Shown here in pieces: positions 49,313 to 61,824 of a stretch of DNA of 64,000 bases. The notes below the pieces were generated by a model. That model was not told the origin of the DNA and did no database searches. It saw only the letters and a list, made by a program, of their open reading frames with translations. The position numbers and the translations under genes were made by a program. This DNA comes from Eledone cirrhosa (Eukaryota), in the NCBI GenBank assembly GCA_964016885.1, contig OZ024741.1, forward strand, positions 62,558,001 through 62,622,000, read 5' to 3'. Position 1 is the first letter of the stretch. Every line of letters begins with the position of its first letter.

Positions 49313-50843
49313 TATTTTATTTTATATTTAATTTAATTTATTTTGAGAATTATTTTCAGCAATACTTTTAGGAGAAAGGAGCCTCAATGTAACCCCTTGA
49401 TTTGCCGAAAACAGCAGTTAAATCTCCTTCAAATCACACCCTAAAGGGGATACATTATCTAATGTAAACCTAGAAAAATGTATAACGGCTTGAATATTTT
49501 TGTCTTAGTCGCATACATCCGCACAACAAGGTCTGGGTGGGACTATTACGTATAAACATATATTTTGCTAAATATGAACTAACCTAGTAATTCTATTCTT
49601 CTTAGTATTCATATCAAAGAAACTAGTGGTTATGTTAACAAGTCTTCTACTCTAAATTGTTTAAATAGTGTCACACTAGTTACCTCCCCTCTATCCAGAT
49701 GACTATATGGATTAATCAGTAGAGACCAAAGTTACCAAGCTTTAAATTTTGGTAATATACTTTTAAAAAATATTAATTTCCGTAAAACATTAATGAAGTT
49801 TGTTAGCGATACATAATTTCTGAAAAAATATTTACATATCGTATCACTTATCAACAGTCATATATTGAATTTAAAGTTGTCAGATCTCAAATATATTTCA
49901 CAGTCAAATATTCATACACAATTTGGCCACACTCCTAGAGATTATCGACAATATACTAAAGTGAGGTGACTTTCATTTATTATATTTTATTTAAACCTCC
50001 GCATTCTCACTTTATATCTTTCTCTGGAAGAAATCTGCTGAATTCAAACCTGGAGAAGAGATGGGCTCCGGCATGTTTAAACATGCCATAGAAACAGCTT
50101 ATGTCAATACGGTGTCCCTAAGACTCCCTTCGAAGTTACGGAACGTTCCATTCATCCATATAGCTGGTAAGTCATGACAGATAATGAGAGTTATCTAATA
50201 CTCTTTAGGGTTAAGTAACAAAGGCAAGAGAGATAGAGAAAGAAAAAGGAAAGACACAGTAGGAAAAAAGGAAGCAAAAATAAAAAGAAGAAAACAAAGA
50301 CAGGTATAAAGCAAGTAAATGCTCGTGTTGTTGAATCTTTTCGTACACTTTATGCTCTGGAAAATCTTGTTTATAGTTGGTATATCATTGACAATGTATT
50401 GCCCCTCCAATCTTGGAAGTTATTTTTAAACAAGATGTCCTCTTTCTCAGACTGGTAGGTTTTACATTAGAACAAATAGTGCCATAGAGTTTTTGGATAG
50501 TCTCCACAAGAAGAGAGGTGATTCTACAAAACTTGTTTTTAAGAAAAATATATAGTTTAAGGGTATATGGTCCGTTTGAAGCCAACATAGTCTTGTTTTG
50601 GGGGAAATGGTTGATATTGCAGTTGCACTGAGGAAAAATCATTTTACTCATTAAAACACACACAAAAACCTTTTTATTTCTTTGAAGTAACAGTTGTATG
50701 TGTTTTTAGAATGCCAAAACTTGCGGGTGTCAATATTTGCCCTTGCTCACTGCAACCAGAGTTCAAATCCCACTGAGGTCAACTTTGTCGTTCCTCCTTT
50801 CAAAGTCGATAAATAAAGTACCAGTCCAGTACTGGAGTCTACT

Positions 50844-50866
<23 letters not shown>

Positions 50867-50910
<44 letters not shown>
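50867..50910. repeat. (CT)n microsatellite downstream of a SINE fragment (~50755-50838); tract begins near 50847
   Basis: Direct reading. Confidence 0.9.
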
Positions 50911-50913
<3 letters not shown>

Positions 50914-52774
50914 TTTTCTTTCCCTGGAAAAATCAACTATGTTCAGATATGAAGAGGGATAGGATCGCCAATTTTCAAACCCTTCAAGACATGCTATATG
51001 TCATGATGGCCCTCATACGACCCCATTGATAGTTAAGGGACCTTTTCCTTAAAATGGCTAAAATAATTCTTTCATTACATAATTGATTTGATTTTATTAC
51101 ACGGTCTCAAATGAAGCCATTTCTCAACGAAGTGCAACTGCGACAATATTATTTATCTAGAACAGGTGTGGCGAAGAGTATGTGCCCACATTGGTGATAA
51201 CCTAAAGAACATTCTCTCATGTACCCGTGGACATTTTTGAAGAGAAGAATATTATTTTAAAAAAATATTTGTATTATGTAATAAAATTATATATTATGCT
51301 TGAAAGCATTCTTAAAGAAGTTTGTTTGGACAATCACGAACTTCTGAATTTATTGAATTGGACAACTTTAAGAATTACACATTTTATTTATAACAAATAA
51401 TTCACAAAACGAAAAATTAATGAATGAAAAACAATGTTAATGGATTTTTTCAGGAAAAGGTGGTGGTATTATAGTTAGTTTTGTGTATGTGTTTTGATAT
51501 TAATAGAAATATAACAGAGGCATTGAAATAAATAAAAGTATTTTTCTAAGTAGTTTTAAACAATTATTAATGCCAATGATTTCAAAACGACAATTGAAAG
51601 CAAAACAAAAACAGTTTATAAATAGTATTGTACTTTATCACCTACATAAAAGTAATCACAATATCAATTTGTTTATAAACAAATGAATATAAAAATAAGA
51701 TTATTTATGAATTATATCGCTTCTTGATAATGTACGTATGTATGGACTCGTAACTCTTGATGAAGTGGTAGGTACGGAGTAGTGACATGCGTCAAATCAG
51801 GCGGAGTGCATCCCTCTCCAGGGCTCCTTGATAATAAGAAACAAAAGTATGACCAACTCCCAACCCTATAAAAAATAAAGGAAGGAAACTAAACTTTTTA
51901 CTCTCTGAAAACTTTGCAACTGTGCTATTAATGACATATTTGGTAGGTTTGTATTTAACTATTTTGAGAGCTCTGCATGCGTCACTAGTTTTATCAGTAA
52001 GGCTCTTTTATATTCTAACTAGGAAAATACGTCTCACTGAAAACAATGATGCAGATGAACTTAAAAAATACTACAGACCTCGCTTTCAATCGAGTAGAAG
52101 TTAATATTATGTACCATGGAAACGGAGCAGGTTCTGACAACCTCTTGAACTTTACTCACATGATCCAATGGAACATCCAGAATGTGACAGCTGGAAAGGG
52201 AGAGATCTGCATCAGCACTGGTTTGGTAATTTCTTTATCGAGTCCGAAAGGATAAATATCAAAGAGGACTTCGGCAGGATTTAAACTCAATGAACTGGAA
52301 CATATATCCAACGCTCTTATAACTTAGTGAAATCCACCGCTTAAATCACACGAGTCTGTTTAGGGAAAATACTGATAATATTGTCATAAAAATTTTAGAA
52401 CTTTGTTTTATATATTTTAATGCACTAATACTGTTACTAGTCGTTGAAGTTGCAGAGCAATAAAACGTCTGATTGAATACTTCGTAATACTTGTTTTTGT
52501 TCTCTGCATCCTGAGTTCAAATCACTCTGAGGTTAACTTTGCCTTTCATCATTTCAAGGCCCATAAACTAGATACTAGTCCAGTACTGAGATCGATTCTT
52601 CATCTATGTCTCTTTCTCACCTTTTCCCTCTCACTCCCTCCGTGGAAAAGAATGACTGTGGGATGGGCACCGCCAGACTTAAATGCCCAAGACACGCCAT
52701 GCATCCAAACGTTATCCAAATCATTCCACTACCACATTTCCAAACTAAATTTGTCTAAAGTTACTCTGTTGCCA

Positions 52775-52962
52775 GGATTAGCAGAATCGTCTGTGTCGGA
52801 TAGAAGATTTTGTGGTATTTGTTCAAGCTCTCTACGTTCTGAGTTCAAATCCCACCGAGATCAATTTTGTCTCTCAGCCTTTTGAGCTTGCTAAAATAAA
52901 GTACCAGTTAAATACATAATCGACTCTACACAAATTGCTAGCCTTGTTCTAAAATTAGAAAT
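52775..52962 (+). mobile_element. Older CORE-type SINE (further decayed copies at ~52215-52345 and ~52440-52600)
   Basis: ctctacgttctgagttcaaatcccaccgag...aaaataaagtaccag. Confidence 0.65.
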
Positions 52963-53489
52963 CGTACTTAATGAATTCTGAAGCTTCTTCAAAATTGTTT
53001 ATTAAGTTGACTCAATTCTTTAGAATGCTTTGAATGTCCGTTTTTTCGCGAATTTGAACTTAAATTGACTATTTTCTTATGGTTTCAAATACATTTAAAA
53101 GTGTTATTTCCGATGTCTTGTTGAAAATAAATTCTAAAGCCTTTATATTATCAACCATAACATCAAGTATTTTGCCAGATCCAAGTAAATTGATGTTCAA
53201 ATAATTTAAACTTGAAGAAAAATTATCAGTCTACAAATTCTTTCTGTCACATAGAAAGCCGAGCAGCCAGGTTGCTGTAGTATATATGTTTTAATCTAGA
53301 TCTGTGGTGTCATTGGTTCTGTAGCCGATTTCAGTGCTATGCAGAAATTTATATCTGATGAGATGCGATGAGTACAGCAAACGAGATAGGTGTGCTGACA
53401 TACACATGATTTGCATCTGAGGAGATTTGGAAAGGAGCAGATCATGTACCATTGACAAAGATCTTTGCAGATATTAAATCATGAAAATG

Positions 53490-53801
53490 CAGACCTGCCA
53501 ATCTGTAAGCAACCAAAAAGGGGAGTACCATGAAAAAAAAGTGCCCCAAAACGAGAAGAAAGGAAGCAAAATGTTTCTATCTATATTTCATCTTGTTATT
53601 AGCAGTAGCACTAATATACAGACCTGCCAACCTCTAGAAACCCAAACGGGAGTACCATGAAAAGAAATGCCACAAACGGAGAAATGAGGCAAAATGAAGA
53701 GATTTTACATAATGAAAGCTATACCCATTTTCATAAGAGAAGACATCTCTCACCTACCCCAGAGTGGATGCGAGATCTCCCCGGGATAGTTGACAGGTCT
53801 G
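53490..53801. mobile_element. Composite cagacctg-TIR MITE (partial copy + spacer + full copy)
   Basis: cagacctgccaa at 53490 and 53619; ttgacaggtctg ending 53801. Confidence 0.75.
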
Positions 53802-54399
53802 AAATGCTTAAGTATTTTGATGAATCTTTGGACCACCAACCACCGAAAGAATCCGCTAGAGAACTCCATGAAGGACACTATCGAATACCATTGCTAGATC
53901 TATAAAAGCCAGATACAACGTTCGATATTTTCGAACTGTAAAAATCATATCAGTCATTCACTGAAGAATACGTGCTTAAGTTATCGACCCCAATGTATGA
54001 AAGGTAAAATCGATACTGCTATAGTTTTAGTTAAGCAACACGCAAAATAAAAACAAGCGATGATTTGTTGAACTGTTGTTTATTGCATGAGAAGCATTTA
54101 CAAATGTATGAAGGAACGATCTACCCCTAAAATTAAGGTCTTGTTACTCGCCTCACCAGATGTGCCTTTACTGCCGACCAGTTCAATAACAAGTCTGCAG
54201 GTAAGGCCCTTCCATCGATAGTCGTCTTTACAAGATGGCCGTAGTGCTCTACACGGCCAGCATTTGAACTCAATGCATTCTCATATTTAGTTACTTCTAC
54301 ATATGAACAGTCAACATAACATTTCTCTTATACAAACCGTTAATTTAGCAAAACACAAATTTCTCAGTTTGTATGATTGTTCCCATGTCTAGTAATACT

Positions 54400-54600
54400 G
54401 ATATTCCAGCCTGGGGCATTCGAGACGTTTGGTGGAGTTGGGGCGGTAACGGCGAAGCTCTTGTTATCGTTGGTGGCTCGCCTTACCGAGGTACCAGATG
54501 ATGCCAGTGAGGGTGCTTCGTTGTTTCAGCGCCTTAGCCTCGCCATCATCCGCAGTAACGCTGCGTGCGTGTTGCCTTGCCTCAAAACCTTCCGTTGACC
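54400..54600 (+). mobile_element. CRE-clade LINE 3' fragment (REL endonuclease C-terminus)
   Basis: FQPGAFETFGGVG...LFQRLSLAIIRSNAACVL matches the CRE pattern F.P.A.ET.G..G...QRLS.A..RGNA. Confidence 0.75.
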
Positions 54601-55233
54601 ATTGTGATTGCGGCCGATTGTCGCACTTGGTGGTGAATTGATGGTCGTTTTTGTTTTTGTTTACACTTTATTTTTATCTCTCACTTTGATTGTATATTTT
54701 GATGCGTTGTATTTGTAAGATTCCTAGGAATAATTAATTGTATTTATTATATGTGTTTATATTTGTAATTATATTTTCACTCTGAATTGGGAACAATTTG
54801 TAGTGTTATTTAAACAACTGTGATTAAAATATATGTTATCTATTTCACAAATCCCATCACAGCATAATTCATAAATACACAATTTAGCTTACCAAAACCT
54901 GCACTACCGAAATCAAATACGTTTAACGCTATTATGGTCGTTATTTACAGCACGGCTCAACTAGTTTATAATAATTCTTTCTTCTTTTGGCACAAGGCCA
55001 GCAATTATCCAAGTGCATTATTGGTGCTTTATTTCATCAACTCCGTAAAGATTAAAAGCAAAGCATCGCATCCGATCCTCTGCCGATAATGCCAATCCAC
55101 CACCACTAGTTTATAGTAATAAAGCATGAACTAAATTTAAAAAAATGAACGTTTTTAAAATATCTATATCAAAATTGCCTATAGCAAGCACAGTTTTATT
55201 GAAAATATTTTAAGGTTATAAAATGTATGTGCG

Positions 55234-55305
<72 letters not shown>

Positions 55306-56401
55306 TCAATTGTAGATATAATGCATTTATAATAATAAAATATGAGGAAAATATACTGAAACAAAACAAAAATAACGTCGCATTTTAAAAATAAAGTGTA
55401 TTTAAAAATTCGCCTATAGCAAGTGAAGTTATATTTAAGAATTGTTAGTTAATATTTTCAAGATATATTTTAAGATTCTACCGTCGAAAGACATGAGACA
55501 AGTCATGTTTTTGGCTTCTCAGAATTAAATAGATAAATATGATGTATTTATAGAAGATCTTTATTTTTCTGAGAATTACGCTAATGATAGAACCGTGTGT
55601 GGAATGCTTAGCCAGTTAGAAGGCTAATTTCATGAGAAGGCTGTTCCGTTGAGCTAACAGTTGGAATCCTCGTCGCTAAGACTGAATTGGTTTTCTTTTC
55701 AGTAAGTTTGTCTTCTTCCTTAATTGCATATGATACCAAAATATATAATACCCCTTTCATTTATTGTAAGCAAATACGACAGCTCCTATATGACAACATG
55801 TTCTATCTTTTTGCAAATACTTATAATTGCTGAGAATACAATTAGTTATCATAGAATAATTGTATATTTACCGATGTTATGTTCAGAATGAGAGTTTATT
55901 TTGAGTACATTGTAAGCTTGCTTCTTCACACAATCAACTGCTATTGTCATGTAAAACGCATTGGTGGTTTTCAACGACGTTTTAAGGGAAGAATAAGCGA
56001 TATACACGGCATAATATATTGTCATTATTGAGATCAATATGAGAAAAATCCCATAATATGGATGGAGAAGAGAGAGGAAAGAAAATAGACCATAAAAAGA
56101 AAAATAAGATGGAAGAGGATAGAAAAGTTAAGAGAAATAGAGATGTAAAGAGCAAAGCGGAGAGAAAGAGAAGAAAAGAAAGAGTAAATAACAGTGACAA
56201 TGTAAATAATGAAAAAAAGACACTAATACTAAACTTCATATAATTTAGTCTTGATATTAGGTAAAGGTGACAGAAGTGTCGTTGGAAGCGCTGGCGGTCG
56301 TTGATTTACTTTCATACATTGCAGAGATGTTGGTGTTGGTAGCAGTGGTGGCGGAAACGGTCTTTTTAATTTTGTTGTTGCTGTTGCCTTCACAATGTAG
56401 T

Positions 56402-56635
56402 GAAGGCACATGTTTGACTTACGATCGTAATGTTGTGGGTTCGAATCCTGGGCTGTGTTGCGTGTTGTATTCTTGAACAAAACACTTCATTTCATGTTGC
56501 TCTAGTATACTCAGCTGAAAATGTGTACCAGCACTTGATGGGGGGTTTAACCATGCGATGGACTGGCGTCCTGTCCAGGGGGAAGACATGTGCGCTCAGT
56601 CGCTTCATGCCATGAAATCGGGATAAGCACTGACT
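56402..56635 (+). mobile_element. tRNA-headed SINE with V-SINE-like central motif
   Basis: gggttcgaatcc B-box; tgcgatggactggcgtcctgtccaggggg. Confidence 0.7.
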
Positions 56636-56894
56636 CAATACGCTACTTGCAGCGCACGTGGGCATGCATGCTTGAATGTTGCCGTTGCTGCAGTCGCAAC
56701 AAATGAAATTATTGTTATTGCTACTATAGGCAGACGTGACAAATGGTGGCAGTATTTGTTGATATTTTCCCCGGACGTTGGACAGTGCACATATACTCAG
56801 GGTGGCATAGTCTGTTTAAGTTCCTTTCTGAGACACGACACGCAGTAGAAGATCCAATAATTATCATATTTACTGTTCAAACCATCAATAATAA

Positions 56895-57585
56895 TAGTTT
56901 CTGATTTAGGCACAAGCCCAACAATTTGGGGGTGGTGGGATTAAATCGACCCCAGTGTGTCACTAGTGCTTTATGTTATAGACCCCAGAAGGATGAAAGG
57001 CAACGTTACCCTCAGCAGGATTTATAAACTCCCAATTTTATACGAGGGACATAGAGAATCAAATAGGGATCAAATGTAAGGTTCGAACCCAGGACCTTGT
57101 ACCAACATGTCTGATATAGGAAATTCATTGTGTATGTGTGTGCATATTTTTTGTGTAAATTTTAAAGAGCTGTAGACGAATATATATAAATATACATACA
57201 CACGCCGCATATTTTTATGGTTGATCATAAGTCAGAATTGGCTGTCATACAAGGGGAGGTAAATCTCTTCCTTGGGTCTGAATTCTATTCTATCGAAAAC
57301 AATTTCTCCCAGATAAAAATATAGTAAATACTCCAAGTAAACAAGCCAACAATTGCAAATATAGAATCATAATTTCTAATTGAGGCACAAGGCCAGTAAT
57401 TTATGGGAGGGGAAAGCCTATTACATCGACTCCAGTACTTACTTAACTGGTATTTTATTTCATTGACTCCGGTAAGAGGAAAGGCAAAATTAACGTCGGT
57501 GGAATATGAACTCCGAACGTAAATAGTCTGAACAAATATCGCTACGCATTTGTCCGATGCTGTGAAGACTCTGTCAATCCACCAC
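56895..57585 (-). mobile_element. Two decayed CORE-type SINEs (~56895-57030 and ~57370-57585)
   Basis: aggcacaag(g/c)cca...cgac(c/t)ccagt...gaaaggcaa. Confidence 0.65.
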
Positions 57586-57619
57586 TCTAAACCGAAGTAA
57601 GAGTTCTGCATCTCTATTA

Positions 57620-57820
57620 CCTGTTATTTCCTGTTCCTGGATTGCAAATGTATATCCTTCAAAGTAGGAGCAAATATACCGGTTGATGGTCCATGATGGA
57701 CTACATTGATTATCTATATTACTCTCACAATCCAACCATGCATGACTTTTTGCTGATAAACAAACAGCGTTTCATTCACCGAATTGTTGTAGTATTGCTA
57801 GGCAATTTCCCTAGGTGTGA
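57620..57820 (-). mobile_element. Internal fragment of an R4/Dong-related LINE
   Basis: Reverse complement matches 9580-9795 (tttgaaggata.ac.tttgcaatcca.gaacaggaaat). Confidence 0.8.
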
Positions 57821-57844
57821 GATTTTGTATGTATGTATGTATGT

Positions 57845-57990
57845 GGCGGCGAATCGTTAGAAAGTCGGATAGAATGCTTTATGGCATTCGTTCCTGCTCT
57901 CTGCTCTCAGATTTCAAATCCCGCCGAAGTCAACTTTGCCTTTCATCCTTTTGTGATCGATAAACAAGTACAAGTCTAGTACTGGGATCG
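57845..57990 (+). mobile_element. CORE-type SINE
   Basis: ttcaaatcccgccgaagtcaactttgcctttcatcc. Confidence 0.75.
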
Positions 57991-58155
57991 ATTTTTCCTC
58001 TATATCTCTTTCTCATTTCCTTTCACTTTCTGTATTTCTCTGAAGAAATCTACTGTACTCAAGGCTTAAAATATTCAAGAAACGCCGTATGTCAATATAA
58101 CTCTATCAGGAGTTACGGGACCACACCATGTATGTATATATGTATGTATGTATGT

Positions 58156-58541
58156 TCTGGTTGATAAATTTTTGCCAATAGAGAGAGGGTCGGTTTCTAA
58201 CATAGTTACAAGACTCTCTCATTGGAATTTACACAACATTAACTAGGTAGATATGTCTGCATGTGCAGGTATGGATATTATTGTATGTGTGGATGTGGAG
58301 ATTTTGAGTTATATGTGTGCATGTGCATATGCGTTTTATCTGTACATATGTAGATGCAGTTATTAGATGCAGAATCTTTGTAATGTTTTACATATTTTTA
58401 CTATCCTATTAATGGGTTATACTTGTAATTTCCTAACTAGTCGTGTTCTTTCTGTTTCTGTAAAGTCCAGCTTCTCAAGATTTGTATTGAGGCGGTTACT
58501 AACATATCCCAGTGCCTCAATAATCACAGGCATAAATCTGA
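58156..58541 (-). mobile_element. 3' end of R4/Dong-clade LINE within (CATA)n
   Basis: [27 protein letters not shown]...LVRKLQV; UTR matches 4561-4862. Confidence 0.82.
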
Positions 58542-58611
58542 ATGTATGTGTGTATGTATGTATGTATGTATGTATGTATGTATGTATGTATGTATGTATG
58601 TATGTATGTAT

Positions 58612-59027
58612 GTCTGGGAGAGATGACCCCTTAGCCTTTGTCAAGGCAGAATTCTAGGAGAAGGAAAACTCTGATATAACACCTGCAACCCTGATGGTAT
58701 CCAATGATGTTGACTTGTTCTTCTTTTTGGTAAATATTATCTTGGTTAAGAGAGTGGGACTGGCTTTGTGCAGTGCCTTTGCTCACTATAAAAGCTTCAC
58801 GGCACAGGCATTGCTTTATATCTGGAGATCTCTCTGCACTTGTCGTCACATGGTACCATGGGCCCAGCACTATGTGTCAATAATTGTCACAGGTGTAGTG
58901 TTTGTACCAGAGTTTTCAAGTCGCTGGCTGGACTAAAAAGTCACACTCGTTCAGCGCATTGGTAGGGGTTCTCCTACATGGATATAAAGTAGTGGCCGTA
59001 CTCGAAAACGAGTTGGCAGCCACCATG
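58612..59027 (+). mobile_element. 5'-truncated copy of (TATG)n-associated non-autonomous retroelement
   Basis: Reverse-complement match to 3403-3805. Confidence 0.85.
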
Positions 59028-59066
59028 TATGTATGTATGTATGTATGTATGTATGTATGTATGTAT

Positions 59067-59627
59067 GTCTCATGGTTGGGTCGTTGGCGACTAAACTGGC
59101 AACCCCACCAAGGTTTCTTGGTGAGGAGGGTGACTTTGGACATCCTGCAGGACTAAAAACAAAACCTGTCAAAGGGCAAAGGAGCTCATAAGAGTCAATG
59201 GCCATCCAAAATCACCGAGAGAGATGACCCCTTAGCCTTTGTCAAGGCAGAATTCTAGGAGAAGGAAAACTCTGATATAACACCTGCAACTCTGATGGTA
59301 TCCAATGATGTTGACATGTTCTTCTTTTTGGTAAATATCATCTTGGTTAAGAGAGTGGGACTGGCTTTGTGCAGTGCCTTTGCTCACTATAAAAGCTTCA
59401 CGGCACAGGCATTGCTTTATATCTGGAGATCTCTCTGCACTTGTCGTCACATGGTACCATGGGCCCAGCACTATGTGTCAATAATTGTCACAAGTGTAGT
59501 GTTTGTACCAGAGTTTTCAAGTCGCTGGCTGGACTAAAAAGTCACACTCGTTCAGCGCATCGGTAGGAGTTCTCCTACATGGATATAAAGTAGTGGCTGT
59601 ACTCGAAAACGAGTTGGCAGCCATCAT
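59067..59627 (+). mobile_element. Longer copy of the same element, truncated inside the HDV-like L3 loop
   Basis: Starts tgtctcatggttgggtcgttggcgactaaactgg; matches 3888-4450. Confidence 0.85.
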
Positions 59628-59678
59628 GTTTGTATGTATGTATGTATGCATGTGTTGTACATATGTATGTATATGCAC

Positions 59679-60015
59679 GGTGACATAGAAATAGTCGGGC
59701 TGGACACCCGATTGAATGGTTAAACCACCGGGAGTGAAGGACTCCTAGCCCTTGTCAGGGCATTCTTCTAGGAGAAGGCAACTCAGGAAATTGGGATAAC
59801 TCCGATATAAAACCTGCGGCTCAGTAGTTACCAATGATGTTGATCTTTTCTTCTTTTCGAGTTATAGCTACGGTCGCTCAGAGAGTGGGATTGGCTCAGT
59901 GCACAGTCTTTCCACACTTTAAAAAATATCTTCACGCACAGGCATCGCACGATAGAATTAATTAATAATTATTAATAATGGTATATCGTGCAATGGCCAT
60001 ACTCGATAACGATAA
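59679..60015 (+). mobile_element. Diverged relative of the (TATG)n-associated element
   Basis: ctaggagaaggcaactc, gatataaaacctgc, ccaatgatgttga, gagagtgggattggct, gcacaggcat, tggccatactcgataacga are collinear with the family. Confidence 0.7.
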
Positions 60016-60236
60016 GTTCTGATTTTATTTATTATTTTGTTTAATTTCTCATTAATAGAGAGAAAATCGGTTTCAACAACAAGACTATTTAAATCGAATA
60101 TAGACAACATAGACTAGGTAATAGTATATATCTGTGTGTGTCTGTATGTGCGTCTATGTATATATGTATATATACATAGACGCACATGTATATATACATG
60201 TATGTATGTATGTATTCATGTATGTATATATGGATG

Positions 60237-60307
<71 letters not shown>

Positions 60308-60479
60308 TTTCTTATTTTACGTCTCTCATATTATTGTTCTGCAACCCCATGCATTGAACCACAAAGTTACTTAGACAAAACCTATATAGTTGCTAGCATT
60401 GATATGCATCTGTATGTATATATATGTTACTAGATATTAATTCTTTATAATTATCTCCAAATTATTTGTCGAGCAATAT

Positions 60480-60790
60480 TGGCCAAGACTGCTGCTATGG
60501 TAGCAGGCAGGCCGCTGTCTTATTAACAAACCACTTTCCACTGATTAACCTCGATGTCACGTGATTGATTCTTTTTGAATTTGCCACCGACGCAGAGGCA
60601 GTGATTTTCTCAATGGCTAGGAATTCAGTCCACGCTTTGCTATTTTCTATCCACTGAATTATTTTTGTATAAGTTTCCAGAGTCCACGCTTTGCCTGGAT
60701 ACTTAGCTGAGAATAGTCTTCCCTGACGACGAAATGATTCTCTATATTTTCTTCGGAAAGTATATTTTATTCCATTTCAGTTGGGAGTGA
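60480..60790 (+). mobile_element. Possible PLE 3' remnant with hammerhead-like core at 60723-60767
   Basis: AAVLLTNHFPLINLD resembles the GIY-YIG end; CTGACGA-cgaa...ttcg-GAAA-gtatat-tt. Confidence 0.35.
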
Positions 60791-60833
60791 AATTTTAGTA
60801 AGTAAGTTAATTTTATAATTTTCTTATTTTACG

Positions 60834-60927
<94 letters not shown>

Positions 60928-61207
60928 GTATGTATGTATGCATTCATGTATGTCTGTATGCATTCATGTATGTATATATACATGTATATATTTATGTACG
61001 TATAAACATACATAGATACACATACGGACATATACGCACGAATTGTTACAGGAACTTTTTGAATGGATCCAAGGAAGCAGTTGAGATTAAATGAGTTAGA
61101 TATATTGAATAATGTATGCTTACACACACACACATACAAGTATATATATTATATGTATATATATATATATTTATTTAGTTATGTAATAAACAACATAACA
61201 TAATTAT

Positions 61208-61268
61208 TTCATTTACCAGTGGTTTTTTGAAGACAGATGCTGTATCTGTCTTCAGTCGTCAGAATGAA
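61208..61268 (-). ncRNA. Degenerate hammerhead motif (GAAA mutated to AAAA)
   Basis: ttcatt-CTGACGA-c-tgaagacagat/atctgtcttca-a-aaaa-ccactgg-TA-aatgaa; perfect 6-bp stem I and 11-bp stem II. Confidence 0.55.
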
Positions 61269-61298
61269 TAAAAAAAACATGGTGTTTTTATTAAATAT

Positions 61299-61800
61299 GG
61301 ATTTGAAAATTCCGTACACGATTTATTGGTCTATTTTAGACCCTTCAAGAGAATACCAAAGGGGGTACAAAGAAATGTTCTTTGTGTACCACGGAAAAAT
61401 TTAGAATTCTCCAAAACTTGAAAACCCCCACCACTTGTCTCAACTCTAAGACCGAGATCTTTAGATGTTGTCCACATCTGAAATCGCATCTACTCTTTAA
61501 CTGGATTAACATACCTACGATTAATCAACCACCTTGAGCTTCTTCTTTACTCATCACACCTTCCACTCACTACCAATTTCATTACCTTTTGAACTTATAC
61601 TTTCTACCAAACATATACTTTTTCTCCCACATCTCTCTCTATATTTCTTTTGACTTATATCCCCCCACTACTATTTACCATACCTTTAATACATACATAA
61701 CTTTATCCTTTACCCAGATCACTTTTTAACTATATACTCTTATCCAGATCTCATCACAAACACTTACCCTCTTTTACACCCCCTTTCTCCCTTACCTGTT
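61299..61800 (+). mobile_element. PLE fragment (Naiad/Chlamys-type GIY-YIG C-terminus) with pyrimidine-rich 3' UTR
   Basis: YTIYWSILDPSREYQRG / KKCSLCTTEKFRILQN...CLNSKTEIFRCCPH, matching W.IL...C.LC..EK...LN...E....C.H. Confidence 0.75.
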
Positions 61801-61824
61801 TTTATTAATTGTTTTTATTATTTT

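Noticed and set aside
27903-53362. Other isolated CTGATGA hits (27903, 46262, 53356)
   Set aside because: No properly placed stem II, GAAA or stem I
3403-59627. One giant inverted-repeat element spanning 3.4-59.6 kb
   Set aside because: Copy order and truncation points differ between the two ends; independent insertions explain it better
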